This document shows, one piece after another, positions 1 to 9,702 of a stretch of DNA of 46,320 nucleotides. The translations under genes were made by a program, and so were the position numbers. Positions within the stretch are counted from its first letter, which is position 1, and each line of letters opens with the position of its first letter. Origin of the DNA: Novosphingobium sp. (GTDB lineage: Bacteria > Pseudomonadota > Alphaproteobacteria > Sphingomonadales > Sphingomonadaceae). The DNA lies in NCBI GenBank assembly GCA_046155055.1, contig JBJXEK010000017.1:1-46320 (forward strand). The letters are read 5' to 3'. The notes under the pieces were generated by a model. That model did no database searches. It saw nothing but the letters and a program-made list of their open reading frames with translations, and was not told the origin of the DNA.

Positions 1-241
1 TTACGCGGACCAGCTGATCGATCAGAAACGCCTGCGCCTGCGCACATTCGCCGCCATGCGAGGGCTTTTCCTGAAGTCGACGCGCAATTTCCTGCCGCCC
101 GTTCGCCAAGGCTTCACGCAGCAGCTCGACAATGCCGGGACGCGCCTTTTCGCGCTCTGAAGTGACGCGCTCGGCAATAGCATCTGCGAGCGCGCGGCGA
201 TCGATGATGGCGCGCTGGTTCGCGATCCGGGGAGTAATCAT
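1..241 (-). CDS. glnD: [Protein-PII] uridylyltransferase, N-terminal part (runs off the window)
   Basis: Manual translation from ATG at 241 gives MITPRIANQRAIIDRRALADAIAERV...EIARRLQEKPSHGGECAQAQAFLIDQLVRV, resembling the alphaproteobacterial GlnD N-terminus. Open to the window edge; not in the ORF track. Confidence 0.75.
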   Translation of the reverse strand, partial: MITPRIANQRAIIDRRALADAIAERVTSEREKARPGIVELLREALANGRQEIARRLQEKPSHGGECAQAQAFLIDQLVRV

Positions 242-259
242 ACTCCGCGTCCTAGCGCA

Positions 260-1972
260 TCACGCCTTGCTCGTCTCTTGCCATAGAACCCCGTAACGCT
301 GCTTGAGCGTGCGTTTGTCCACTTTCTCGGTGCCAAGCCGGGGCAGCGCCTCGTGCTCTTCCCAGAACTTTACCGGGATCTTGAAGGCAGCGATGTGCTC
401 GGCGAGGAACGTGCGCAGTTCTTCTGCTGTGGCCGAACAGCCCTCCTTCGCGAGATAAACGGCAACCGGCACCTCGCCATAAAGCTCGTGCGGCAGGCCG
501 AACACGCTGACCTCGGCGACGCAGGGGTGCGCGTAGATCGCGTCCTCCACCTCGATGCAGGAGATATTCTCCCCGCCGCGAATGATGATGTCCTTCTTCC
601 GGTCGACGATGAAGAGGTAACCTTCGGGATCGACATAGCCGAGATCGCCGGTGCGGAAATAGCCATCGGGCATGATGGCAGCGGCGGTGGCCTCAGGATT
701 GTTCCAATAGCCAAGGAAGTTGGCGACGCTGCGGATCGCCACTTCCCCGACCTGACCCTGCGCCAGCAGCGCTCCCGCGTCATCGAGGATCGCCAGATCG
801 ACCAGCGGGCGTGAGGCTGTGCCGGTGCTGCCGGGCTTGGCGAGGTAGTTCTCGTTGAAATTGCCGCAGCCGACTCCGTTGGTTTCGGTTAGTCCGTAGC
901 CGAGGATCGGGAAGGCGTGGGGCAGCGCCTTGCGGATGCGGTCAACATGTTCGACCGGGCGCGGCGCGCCGCCGGCCGCGAAGGTGACGCAGGTCGAGAG
1001 GTCGTATTTGTCGTGATCGGGGTGGGTGGCAATCTCGAAGCTCATCAGCGGAACACCCACGAAATAGGTCACACGCTCGCGCTCGATCAGCTGCATCGCG
1101 GTAACGACATCCCACTTTGGCATGAGCACCAGCTTACGGCCGAGCGCGAAGGACTGGAGCATCAACGGCACTTCGCCGGTGACGTGGAACAGCGGCACAT
1201 TGACGAGCGCGATAGGCTGCGCATCGGGCGGCGGCGCGACACCGCGCTGGGTCATGAGCCCGAGCACGAGCACGCTTTGCGCGAGGTAGCTGAACGTGCC
1301 CTGCACCACCCCGCGATGATCGGAGTAAGCGCCCTTGGACGTGCCTGTCGAACCCGAGGTGAACAGCACCGTGGCGAGATCATCGGGAGAGACGGCGGGC
1401 AGTGGTGTTGCCCCGTCGCCGCCGCGCGCGGTGAGCGCGGCGAGCCCCTCAGTGGGCAGGCAATCGTGGAGCATCGGCAGGATTTCAGCGTTGTGGTTCA
1501 GGCCTGCAAGCCGCTCGGAGCGCTGGCGGTCAGCAATAACCAGCCGGCAGCCAACCATATCGATGCCGGTCGCAAGCTCCTCGCCCTGCCACCAGCCGTT
1601 GAGCAGGACAGCGCAGCCCCCGGCCATGAGCACGGCCATATAGGCAACGATCCAGTTGGCCGAATTGCGCGCCGCGATGCCGACGCGCTCGCCCTTCTGT
1701 AGCCCGTGACCCGCGACAAGGCCGCCGGCCGCTGTGCGCGCGGCTTCAAGCGTCTGCGCAAATGTAAGGCGGACATCGCCATCGACAATGAACTCGCGTG
1801 CGCCGTGCTGCGTGCAGAAATGCGCAAAATAGGCACCCAGATTGGGCGGGGCAGCCGCGATCATCGGCAGTTCGCGGCCGAAGCAGGCGAACGGCGTGGT
1901 TGCGAGCATGCCGCCAGGGGCGGTCAGCCCGTCCATCACATTGGCAAGGTCCCGGTCAAGCTGGGTCAACAT
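260..1972 (-). CDS. Class I adenylate-forming enzyme (long-chain acyl-CoA ligase-like)
   Basis: AMP-binding motifs [38 protein letters not shown] and the C-terminal Lys (GTEKVDK). Confidence 0.9.
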   Translation of the reverse strand: MLTQLDRDLANVMDGLTAPGGMLATTPFACFGRELPMIAAAPPNLGAYFAHFCTQHGAREFIVDGDVRLTFAQTLEAARTAAGGLVAGHGLQKGERVGIAARNSANWIVAYMAVLMAGGCAVLLNGWWQGEELATGIDMVGCRLVIADRQRSERLAGLNHNAEILPMLHDCLPTEGLAALTARGGDGATPLPAVSPDDLATVLFTSGSTGTSKGAYSDHRGVVQGTFSYLAQSVLVLGLMTQRGVAPPPDAQPIALVNVPLFHVTGEVPLMLQSFALGRKLVLMPKWDVVTAMQLIERERVTYFVGVPLMSFEIATHPDHDKYDLSTCVTFAAGGAPRPVEHVDRIRKALPHAFPILGYGLTETNGVGCGNFNENYLAKPGSTGTASRPLVDLAILDDAGALLAQGQVGEVAIRSVANFLGYWNNPEATAAAIMPDGYFRTGDLGYVDPEGYLFIVDRKKDIIIRGGENISCIEVEDAIYAHPCVAEVSVFGLPHELYGEVPVAVYLAKEGCSATAEELRTFLAEHIAAFKIPVKFWEEHEALPRLGTEKVDKRTLKQRYGVLWQETSKA

Positions 1973-2145
1973 TGTCTTGGTATCACTCCCTCTCCACCCC
2001 TCGCCAACGTCTCCACTATGTCATTGGGCGCTGTGATTGGGTTTGCCTCGCGGGTTTGCCCTGTGCCAGAAGGCCGCGCAAGGCCGCGCCTCCAGCGGCA
2101 CAAAATAAAACAGTTCCGATGCAAAACCTTTATGGAGCCTGGCCC

Positions 2146-3045
2146 TTGCTTTCACTAACGGCCGCCGCCGCCACTGCTGTTACAACCGCTGCCGCCGGTG
2201 CCGCGCACCCGCCCCTCCAATGGGCGAGCCTCGGCCTGTCTCCGATTGCGCTCGATCTCGGCTTCTTTACGATCAAATGGTACAGTCTCGCCTATCTTGC
2301 GGGTATCATGCTCGGCTACTTTCAGCTGGGCCGGATGCTCCGCCAGCCGGGCGCGCCACTGGCGCAGCGGCATGCCGATGATCTGTTCTTCTACGCCACA
2401 TTGGGCATCATTCTGGGCGGCCGACTGGGCTATGCCGCCTTCTATGCCCCCGAACTGCTGGCCGATCCGCAGCGCCTGATCCGCCTGTGGGAAGGCGGCA
2501 TGAGCTTCCACGGCGGCCTGATCGGCACCGTCCTCGCGATCGCCTGGGTTTCGTGGCGGGGCGGGCTAAACTTCGTGCGGACTTGCGACTATATCGCGGT
2601 CTGCGTACCGGGCGGCCTGTTCTTCGGACGCTGCGCCAATTTTGTGAACGGCGAACTGTGGGGCCGCGTGACCGATTCAACCGTGCCGTGGGTCATGGTC
2701 TTTCCGGGCGCGGGTTCACTTCCGCGCCACCCGAGCCAACTCTATGAGGCGCTGCTTGAGGGCCTCGTGCTGGGCCTGATCATGCTGTTCCTGTTCTGGA
2801 AGACCCGCGCTCGCTGGCGCCCGGGCCTGATAGTGGGGACGTTCACGCTGGGCTATGCGATGGCGCGCTTCACGGTCGAGTACTACCGCGAACCCGATGC
2901 CCAACTGCTCGATTTCGCGCTGCGCACCGGGCTTTCGATGGGGCAGTGGCTGACCCTGCCAATGATGGCGGTGGGGCTTGGCTTCATCATCCGGGGACTG
3001 GTGCGTCCGCCGCTTGCCGTGACGATCCAGCCGACCGCTTCCTGA
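2146..3045 (+). CDS. lgt: Prolipoprotein diacylglyceryl transferase
   Basis: Motifs [44 protein letters not shown]. Start reassigned to in-frame TTG at 2146 downstream of GGAG (2134-2137). Confidence 0.93.
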   Translation: MLSLTAAAATAVTTAAAGAAHPPLQWASLGLSPIALDLGFFTIKWYSLAYLAGIMLGYFQLGRMLRQPGAPLAQRHADDLFFYATLGIILGGRLGYAAFYAPELLADPQRLIRLWEGGMSFHGGLIGTVLAIAWVSWRGGLNFVRTCDYIAVCVPGGLFFGRCANFVNGELWGRVTDSTVPWVMVFPGAGSLPRHPSQLYEALLEGLVLGLIMLFLFWKTRARWRPGLIVGTFTLGYAMARFTVEYYREPDAQLLDFALRTGLSMGQWLTLPMMAVGLGFIIRGLVRPPLAVTIQPTAS

Positions 3046-3062
3046 CCGGAAGTTTGGCCGGT

Positions 3063-4181
3063 ATGTCCAGTACCGACAAGGCGGCACCGGGCAGCCTGCA
3101 CAGCGTGTTCGCGCGGCTGATCGCAGCGACCGGGCCCATTTCGATCGCGCACTACATGGCCGAATCGAATGCCCGCTACTACGCGGCGCGCGATCCGCTG
3201 GGCACGGACGGGGACTTTGTCACCGCGCCCGAGATCAGTCAGATGTTCGGCGAACTGATCGGTCTGTGGCTGGCCGACATCTGCCAGCGCGCGGGGCAGG
3301 CGCAGGGGGCCTGCTATGTCGAGCTCGGGCCGGGGCGTGGAACTCTCGCGAGCGATGCGCTGCGCGCGGCGGGGCGCGCTGGATTCGCACCGCCTGTGCA
3401 TTTCGTTGAAACAAGCCCGGCGCTGACAGCCTTGCAACGCGCGGCGCACCCGCAGGCAATGTGGCATCAGGACCTCTCCACACTCCCCGATGACCGACCG
3501 TTGCTGATTGTCGCCAACGAGTTCCTCGATGCGCTGCCTGTGCGCCAGCTTGTTCGGACCGGCGCAGGGTGGCGCGAACGGATGGTCGGGCTGGCGGGCG
3601 AAACACTGGTGCCCGTCGCTGGCGAGCGCCCGATGGATGCAGCCGTACCTGCCGGCCTCGCGAGCGTGCCGGAAGGCTCGATCCTGGAAACATCCCCCGC
3701 TGCCGCCACCGTGGTGCAGGAGGTTGCCGGGCGGCTGACTGCGCAAGGCGGGGCAGCGCTGTTCATCGATTATGGCTACACCGTGCCAAGGCTGGGAAGC
3801 ACATTGCAGGCAGTGCGGGCGCACCGGAAAGTCGGTGTGTTCGCGAGCCCCGGGGAAGCGGACCTTACCGCACATGTCGATTTCGCAGCGTTGGTGCCCG
3901 TTGCCGAGGCGCAAGGTGCGCGCTGGCTTGGCACGTGCGAGCAGGGCGCATGGCTGCGGGCGCTGGGCATCGAAGCGCGCGCGCGGGCTCTAACGAACGC
4001 CTCGCCGCATGCTGCGGCGGCGATCAGCGCAGCAGCAGCGCGCCTGACCGGAACGCAGGAAATGGGCACGCTGTTCAAGGTCATGGGACTGGCGGCGCCC
4101 GGCTGGCCCGATGGGGCAGGTCTTGCGCGAGTCATGCACGGCGGAGCAGCGCCGCGCTCTGTCACACCTTTGCCAGACTAG
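3063..4181 (+). CDS. SAM-dependent methyltransferase, MidA/NDUFAF7 family
   Basis: Motifs GDFVTAPEISQMFGE, VELGPGRGTL, ANEFLDALP, IDYG, DLTAHVDF; follows lgt as is usual in alphaproteobacteria. Start set at ATG 3063. Confidence 0.9.
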   Translation: MSSTDKAAPGSLHSVFARLIAATGPISIAHYMAESNARYYAARDPLGTDGDFVTAPEISQMFGELIGLWLADICQRAGQAQGACYVELGPGRGTLASDALRAAGRAGFAPPVHFVETSPALTALQRAAHPQAMWHQDLSTLPDDRPLLIVANEFLDALPVRQLVRTGAGWRERMVGLAGETLVPVAGERPMDAAVPAGLASVPEGSILETSPAAATVVQEVAGRLTAQGGAALFIDYGYTVPRLGSTLQAVRAHRKVGVFASPGEADLTAHVDFAALVPVAEAQGARWLGTCEQGAWLRALGIEARARALTNASPHAAAAISAAAARLTGTQEMGTLFKVMGLAAPGWPDGAGLARVMHGGAAPRSVTPLPD

Positions 4182-4184
4182 TCT

Positions 4185-4199
4185 TGCGAGGCATTCGCA
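4185..4199. promoter_or_regulatory. Palindromic TGCGA-N5-TCGCA site, candidate alphaproteobacterial Fur-type box upstream of petABC
   Basis: TGCGAggcatTCGCA seen directly, ~260 bp upstream of petA. Assignment to Fur is inference from Caulobacter-type Fur boxes. Confidence 0.35.
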
Positions 4200-4456
4200 G
4201 TTATCGTTTAACTATCTGTATCATTGCATATTCTCAGCCTTAACGATCCGGTAAAATGCTTGTTGGCAAAGGCCCGGATTTGCGTCTATCAGGCGCGGCC
4301 AATAGGGGTCGGAATCGCGTGTTGGGGCGAGATTTGAGCTATCGGTGCAGGAAGCGTCCCTTTGGGCACTTTTCTGCAGGGTGAGAGTGGGACATTCTAA
4401 GGATCGCTGTCCGCGCCCGATTGTGTGGCGGCGGCAGTGGCAGGCAGGGAATTGCA

Positions 4457-5032
4457 ATGGCTGAACAAGCAAGCATCGCTTCGGCGACCGTGACTGGCGC
4501 CCCAACAGGCGAAGGCGTCCGGCGCCGTGATTTCATCAATATCGCGGCAGTGAGCGTGGCCGGCGTCGGCGGGCTCGCAGCACTGTATCCTCTCATTTCA
4601 CAAATGGCGCCTTCGGCTGACGTGCTCGCGGAAAGCTCGACCGAGATCGATATCTCGGCAATTGCCACGGGCATGGCGATCAAGGCAGTGTGGCGCAAGC
4701 AGCCCGTCTTCATCCGCAACCTGACGCCCGAAGAGATCAAGGCCGCGGACAAGGTCGACGTCACAACCCTGCGCGATCCGCAGACGCTGGAGCAGCGGAC
4801 CACGGCCGGCAAGACCAACTGGCTGATCACGATGGGTGTTTGCACCCATCTCGGCTGCGTTCCACTCGGTGCCGGCGAAGGCGAAGTCAAAGGCGAGTTC
4901 GGCGGCTATTTCTGCCCTTGCCACGGTTCGGTCTACGATACCGCGGCGCGCATCCGCAAAGGCCCGGCCCCCAAGAACCTTGAGGTGCCCCCCCACGAAT
5001 TTTCTTCCGACACTATCGTGAAGATCGGCTGA
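4457..5032 (+). CDS. petA: Ubiquinol-cytochrome c reductase Rieske Fe-S subunit
   Basis: Tat motif RRRDFI; Rieske boxes CTHLGC and CPCHGS; GPAPKNL. Confidence 0.97.
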   Translation: MAEQASIASATVTGAPTGEGVRRRDFINIAAVSVAGVGGLAALYPLISQMAPSADVLAESSTEIDISAIATGMAIKAVWRKQPVFIRNLTPEEIKAADKVDVTTLRDPQTLEQRTTAGKTNWLITMGVCTHLGCVPLGAGEGEVKGEFGGYFCPCHGSVYDTAARIRKGPAPKNLEVPPHEFSSDTIVKIG

Positions 5033-5043
5033 GGACTGACACA

Positions 5044-6336
5044 ATGAGCTTTCCCTGGGCGAACGAGTACAAGCCAAACTCACCGCTGATGCAGTGGGTT
5101 GACCAGCGGCTGCCCCTGCCGCGCTTTGTCTACAACGCCGTCGGTGGCGGGTATCCCGTGCCGCGCAATCTGAACTACATGTGGAACTTCGGCATTCTTG
5201 CCGGCGTGGCACTAATGCTTCAGATCGTAACCGGCGTCGTGCTGGCGATGCATTATGCGGCCAATGATCGCGTAGCGTTCGACAGCGTCGAACACATCAT
5301 GCGCGACGTGAACTGGGGCTGGATGCTCCGTTATGCCCACGCCAACGGCGCGAGCATGTTCTTCATCGTGGTCTACACCCACATTTTCCGCGGTTTCTTC
5401 TACAGCTCGTACAAAGCGCCGCGCGAGATGATCTGGCTGCTGGGCGTCACGATCTTCCTGCTGATGATGGCAACCGCCTTCATGGGCTATGTGCTGCCGT
5501 GGGGCCAAATGAGCTTCTGGGGCGCCAAGGTCATCACCGGCCTGTTTTCGGCCATTCCGGTGGTCGGCACCCCGCTTCAGGAGTGGCTGCTGGGCGGTTT
5601 CGCGCCGGACAATGCTGCACTCAACCGCTTCTTCTCGTTGCACTTCCTGCTGCCGTTCGTGATCCTGGGTGTAATCATCCTGCACGTCTGGGCGCTGCAC
5701 ATCCCAGGTTCGTCAAACCCTACGGGCGTGGAAGTGAAGCAGGAATCGGACACCGTGCCGTTTCACCCCTATTACACCGCCAAGGATGGATTCGGGCTCG
5801 GCCTGTTCCTGATCCTTTACTGCGCGCTGGTGTTCTTCGCGCCCAACCTGCTGGGCCATCCGGACAACTACATTCCGGCCAACCCGCTTTCGACCCCGGC
5901 GCACATCGTGCCTGAGTGGTATTTCTGGCCGTTCTACGCGATCCTGCGCGCGTTCACCTCGGACTTCATGTTCATTCCGGCCAAGCTGATGGGCGTGCTC
6001 GCCATGTTCAGCGCGATCCTGGTGTGGTTCTTCCTCCCTTGGCTCGACACGGGTCCGGTGCGTTCGGGCCACTACCGTCCGCTGTTCCGCAAGTTCTTCT
6101 ATCTGCTCGTCGTCGACGTGCTGGTGCTGGGCTATTGCGGCGGAGCGCCGGCAGCCGAACCCTACGTGATGATTTCGCAGATCGCCTCGATGTACTACTT
6201 CCTGCACTTCCTCGTGATCCTGCCGATCGTTTCCTCGATCGAGACGCCGCAGCCGCTGCCGTTCTCGATCACCGAAGCTGTGTTGGGCAAGGATGAGCGC
6301 GCGGTGCTTGCCCCCACCCAACCTGCTGTCGCCTGA
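5044..6336 (+). CDS. petB: Cytochrome b
   Basis: WNFG, heme-ligand His residues ([14 protein letters not shown]...LHVWALH), [16 protein letters not shown] motif. Confidence 0.98.
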   Translation: MSFPWANEYKPNSPLMQWVDQRLPLPRFVYNAVGGGYPVPRNLNYMWNFGILAGVALMLQIVTGVVLAMHYAANDRVAFDSVEHIMRDVNWGWMLRYAHANGASMFFIVVYTHIFRGFFYSSYKAPREMIWLLGVTIFLLMMATAFMGYVLPWGQMSFWGAKVITGLFSAIPVVGTPLQEWLLGGFAPDNAALNRFFSLHFLLPFVILGVIILHVWALHIPGSSNPTGVEVKQESDTVPFHPYYTAKDGFGLGLFLILYCALVFFAPNLLGHPDNYIPANPLSTPAHIVPEWYFWPFYAILRAFTSDFMFIPAKLMGVLAMFSAILVWFFLPWLDTGPVRSGHYRPLFRKFFYLLVVDVLVLGYCGGAPAAEPYVMISQIASMYYFLHFLVILPIVSSIETPQPLPFSITEAVLGKDERAVLAPTQPAVA

Positions 6337-6369
6337 ACGCGCCAACCCGGCTATTCCAAGGGAAACCTC

Positions 6370-7206
6370 ATGGTCCGTCTATTTGGCCCGCTCGTCGGCC
6401 TCTTCTTCGCCGTAGCGCTGTTCTGGTCGTTCGGTAACGGTGCGTACAACGCGATCACCCAGCCAACTCCGGCCACGGTGGAAGCGGAGTTCCACATGCA
6501 TCCGAAGGAGATCTCTTTCTCGTTCGACGGGGCGCTCGGCACGTTCGACCGGGCACAACTGCAGCGCGGCTTCAAGATATATCAGGAAGTCTGCTCGAAC
6601 TGCCACAGCATGAAGCAGGTGGCGTTCCGCGATCTTGCCGCGCTGGGTTACAAGGAAGCCGAGATCAAGGCGATCGCCAAGCAGTGGGGCAACAAGGCAC
6701 AAACCTTCGACCCCAAGACCGGCGATCGCGGTGACCGGCCGAACCTGCCTTCCGACCACTTCCCGCCGGTGTACTATGCCGGACAGGGTGTCCCGCCAGA
6801 TCTTTCGCTGATTACCAAGGCGCGCCACGGCGGTGGCCAGTACATTTATTCGCTGTTGACCGGCTATGCCGAGCAGGCGGGTTACAAAAACGAAAAGGGC
6901 GAGGAACTGCTCAAGAAGTTCCCCGACGCGAAAACGCCCGATGGGCTGTATTTCAACCCCTACTTCGCCAACCTGAACCTTGCGATGCCGGCCCCGCTGG
7001 TGAGCGATGGACAGGTGACCTACAGCGATGGCAAGACAGCCACCGTGGACCAGATGTCGCGCGATGTTTCGGCGTTCCTGACCTGGACAGCCGAGCCCAA
7101 GCTCGACAAGCGCAAGCAGACGGGCTGGCCGGTTCTGGGCTTCCTGATCTTTGCGACGGCGCTTGCGTATCTCGCCAAGCGCAATATCTGGGCCGATCAA
7201 CACTGA
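6370..7206 (+). CDS. petC: Cytochrome c1
   Basis: LQRGFKIYQEVCSNCH (CxxCH), PPDLSLI, axial Met in LAMPAP, C-terminal membrane anchor. Confidence 0.97.
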   Translation: MVRLFGPLVGLFFAVALFWSFGNGAYNAITQPTPATVEAEFHMHPKEISFSFDGALGTFDRAQLQRGFKIYQEVCSNCHSMKQVAFRDLAALGYKEAEIKAIAKQWGNKAQTFDPKTGDRGDRPNLPSDHFPPVYYAGQGVPPDLSLITKARHGGGQYIYSLLTGYAEQAGYKNEKGEELLKKFPDAKTPDGLYFNPYFANLNLAMPAPLVSDGQVTYSDGKTATVDQMSRDVSAFLTWTAEPKLDKRKQTGWPVLGFLIFATALAYLAKRNIWADQH

Positions 7207-7231
7207 TTTTTCAGGTCTGAACCAACTGATG

Positions 7232-7258
7232 AAGGCCACCGGCAGCGGTGGCCTTTTT
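7232..7258 (+). terminator. Intrinsic terminator of petABC
   Basis: AAGGCCACCG-gcag-CGGTGGCCTT followed by a T run. Confidence 0.85.
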
Positions 7259-7285
7259 CGTTTGGGGCGGTATGGAAGGCGCGTC

Positions 7286-7822
7286 ATGACCCAAGACGAG
7301 ATAAAAACGCTTGTGCGCACGGTGCCGGATTTTCCCGCAACCGGGATCCTGTTTCGCGATGTCACGACGTTGATCAGCCACGGCGAAGGCTTTGCGGCTT
7401 GCATCGCGCACCTTGCGCGCATGGCCGAGGCGGCGGGCGCAGACGTAATTGCGGGAATGGAAGCGCGCGGCTTCATCTTCGGCGCGGCGGTGGCGGCGCA
7501 TATGCGGCTGGGCTTCGTGCCTGTACGCAAGCCCGGCAAGCTGCCAGTGCGCACCGTGGGCATCGACTATGCGCTGGAATATGGCCGTGACCGGCTGGAG
7601 ATCGATCCCGGCGCGATCCGCTCCGGCGCGCGCATGGTGATTGTGGACGATCTGATTGCGACAGGCGGAACCGCGCTCGCCGCAACCGAGCTTCTGCGCG
7701 GGGCGGGCGCCCGGATCGACCATGCCCTGTTCGTGATCGACTTGCCCGATCTGCAGGGAGCCGAGCGGCTGCGCGCCGCAGGTGTGACTGTGGAAGCCCT
7801 GATGGACTTCCCCGGGCACTAG
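7286..7822 (+). CDS. apt: Adenine phosphoribosyltransferase
   Basis: PDFP.GILFRD, EARGF, RKPGKLP, YALEYG and PRPP-binding VDDLIATGGT. Start ATG 7286. Confidence 0.96.
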   Translation: MTQDEIKTLVRTVPDFPATGILFRDVTTLISHGEGFAACIAHLARMAEAAGADVIAGMEARGFIFGAAVAAHMRLGFVPVRKPGKLPVRTVGIDYALEYGRDRLEIDPGAIRSGARMVIVDDLIATGGTALAATELLRGAGARIDHALFVIDLPDLQGAERLRAAGVTVEALMDFPGH

Positions 7823-7924
7823 AGCGTTTTCGAAGCAGGTGGAATCCCTGCTGATTCGGAAAACGCGGCCAAACAGACTCCTAGGACAGCCGAGCTGATC
7901 CAATCGGATCGGACTCTGCTTTAG
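7819..7924. repeat. ~106-bp RIME/Bru-RS-like intergenic palindromic element
   Basis: Ends CTAGAGC...GCTTTAG with two internal hairpins (GCGTTTTCGAA/TTCGGAAAACGC with AGCAGG/CCTGCT, and CTGATCC/GGATCGG). Its left end contains the apt stop codon. Confidence 0.65.
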
Positions 7925-8200
7925 AGCCTGAAGACGTTACATTGATCCGCCGGGATTGCCCTTGAAAGCCCTTTGGCAAGGAGCGGTGCCCCAGGCTGGC
8001 AGCCTGTCCAAACGGCGCCACGTAGGCCGAAGGGCTTCCAAGGGCAAACCCTGAGGGGCGGGCCGATTTTGGGCCGGAGCTGCGTTGCAAGCCGACCCAC
8101 TTTGGAGTCACGATGCTCCGCATCGCTCCCTTCTCGCGCCTTGCTTTGAGCCAGAATCAGCTTCGCCCCGGTGGGTCAATGTAACGCCATCAGGCTCTAA
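7921..8200. mobile_element. 280-bp MITE-like non-autonomous element
   Basis: Terminal inverted repeats TTAGAGCCTGAAGACGTTACATTGATCCGC (7921-7950) versus the reverse complement of 8171-8200, 26/30 identical. Two internal hairpin arms, no transposase. Confidence 0.75.
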
Positions 8201-8207
8201 GCAACGA

Positions 8208-8852
8208 TCAGAGACTGGCGATAGTAGCCTTGGCGCATTTGGCCGAGACTTCGGCGCTGCCGCCACCCGCACCGCTAAGCACGCTGGCGAGATAGAATCC
8301 GGCAACGATGAACACCACGAAGCCGATGGTGACCAGGCCGAGGTATTTGTCGATCACCCGCTTAATCGGGGCACCGAACAGGCGGAACAGGCCGCCAACG
8401 ATCATGAAGCTGATCGAACGGCTGACAATGCTGGCAAGCAGGAACGGCACGATCGGCATCGCAATGAAACCAGCCGTAATCGTGAGCAGCTTGAACGGGA
8501 TCGGCGTGGCACCCTTGATGACGATGATCTCCACACCGTATTCGCGCAAATAGCACGCCGCGCGTGGGAAGCTTTCGGCAAGGTGCAAGATCTCAAGCAG
8601 CTGCTTTCCAACGCTCGCGAAGAGAAAGTATCCGATCGCATAGCCGAGCAGCCCGCCGATTACCGATCCGGCGGTGGCGACGGCAGAAAAGCGCACGGCC
8701 TTTTTGGGCTCCGCCAGACACATCAGGCCAAGCAGAGGATGCGGTGGGACCGGGAAGAAACTGGCCTCCATCGCTGCGAAGAGAGCAAGCCAGACTTCGG
8801 CCAGAGGGTGCGTGGCCTTGGCCATAGTCCAGTTGTAGAGGCGGCGGAGCAT
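8208..8852 (-). CDS. YqaA/DedA (SNARE-associated-like) membrane protein
   Basis: MLRRLYNWTM...EASFFPVPPH, GSVIGGLLGY, TPIPFKLLTITAG motifs. Start reassigned to ATG 8852. Confidence 0.88.
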   Translation of the reverse strand: MLRRLYNWTMAKATHPLAEVWLALFAAMEASFFPVPPHPLLGLMCLAEPKKAVRFSAVATAGSVIGGLLGYAIGYFLFASVGKQLLEILHLAESFPRAACYLREYGVEIIVIKGATPIPFKLLTITAGFIAMPIVPFLLASIVSRSISFMIVGGLFRLFGAPIKRVIDKYLGLVTIGFVVFIVAGFYLASVLSGAGGGSAEVSAKCAKATIASL

Positions 8853-8981
8853 CGGAAGGGGTACTCGTCTGGTGGTCTCGGGTGCGCAGGCGCCGACGGC
8901 TGATCCCGCGACACTTCCATAGCCGTGCAATGAGAACAAACCCTAAGCGAGCAGCACATAAAGCGCCAGACCCCCGCCGCT

Positions 8982-9033
8982 TTAACCATATGGGTACTTT
9001 TTTCTTGACAGCGTGACGCTCCTTGGGTACATA
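8982..9033 (+). promoter_or_regulatory. Putative sigma70 promoter of the GTA cluster with upstream TTAACCAT (CtrA-type ungapped site)
   Basis: TTGACA (9005-9010), 17-nt spacer, TACATA (9028-9033); TTAACCAT at 8982-8989; ~90 nt upstream of the first GTA gene. Confidence 0.6.
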
Positions 9034-9120
9034 ACAAGAACATCGCGATAGACCGAGTCGCCGCCTTAGCGGCTTGGAACGGGCGGCCACCTTTCCCATC
9101 CCCCCTGTGACGGACAGCCC

Positions 9121-9702
9121 ATGGCAGAGCGACCCTCGGCGAAGCGCGCCCAGCGCAGTGCCAAAACAACGACAACGACTTCAACCTCACCTTCAAAGCG
9201 GGGCCCTGTTGCGACAGCGCGGTGGACCAAGGCTTTCCTCGCCGCACTGGCTGACAGCTCCAATGTAGCGGCTGCGGCGCGGCACGCCGGGATCGATGTT
9301 TCAACCGCCTATCTCAGGCGGCGCAATGACCAGGACTTCTACCGGCAATGGCAGATCGCGCTGTGCGAAGGTTATGACAATCTGGAAATGGACCTGCTGC
9401 ACCGCTTGCGGACCGGCGAGCTCAAAGCCGCTGCAGGTGCGAAGCGGGCCACCCGCAGTTTTGACAATGCAACAGCGCTGCGCCTGCTTGGCGCGCATCG
9501 CGAAAGCGCAGTGCGCGAACGGGCGGTGCGAGCCCATGTCAGCGCGGCCGATATTCGCGCAGCGATCGACCGAAAAGTGGAAGAACTGCGCAAGCGGGTC
9601 ATGGATGCCAAGGCTGAGCGCGATGCGGCCACAGCCGCTACCACCGCACCCGATCTTCCGGCGCTCAGCGCCCAGCCAGCGCAATTGGACAATGCCGAAT
9701 GA
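9121..9702 (+). CDS. Putative GTA small terminase subunit (HTH-like)
   Basis: Overlaps the TerL start (ATGA). HTH-like segment WTKAFLAALADSSNVAAAARHAGIDVSTAY...F..QW..AL.EGYDNLE. Confidence 0.65.
   Translation: MAERPSAKRAQRSAKTTTTTSTSPSKRGPVATARWTKAFLAALADSSNVAAAARHAGIDVSTAYLRRRNDQDFYRQWQIALCEGYDNLEMDLLHRLRTGELKAAAGAKRATRSFDNATALRLLGAHRESAVRERAVRAHVSAADIRAAIDRKVEELRKRVMDAKAERDAATAATTAPDLPALSAQPAQLDNAE

Noticed and set aside
4240-4254. TTAA-N7-GTAA near-CtrA site upstream of petA
   Set aside because: One mismatch and no supporting context; could be chance in an AT-richer promoter region.
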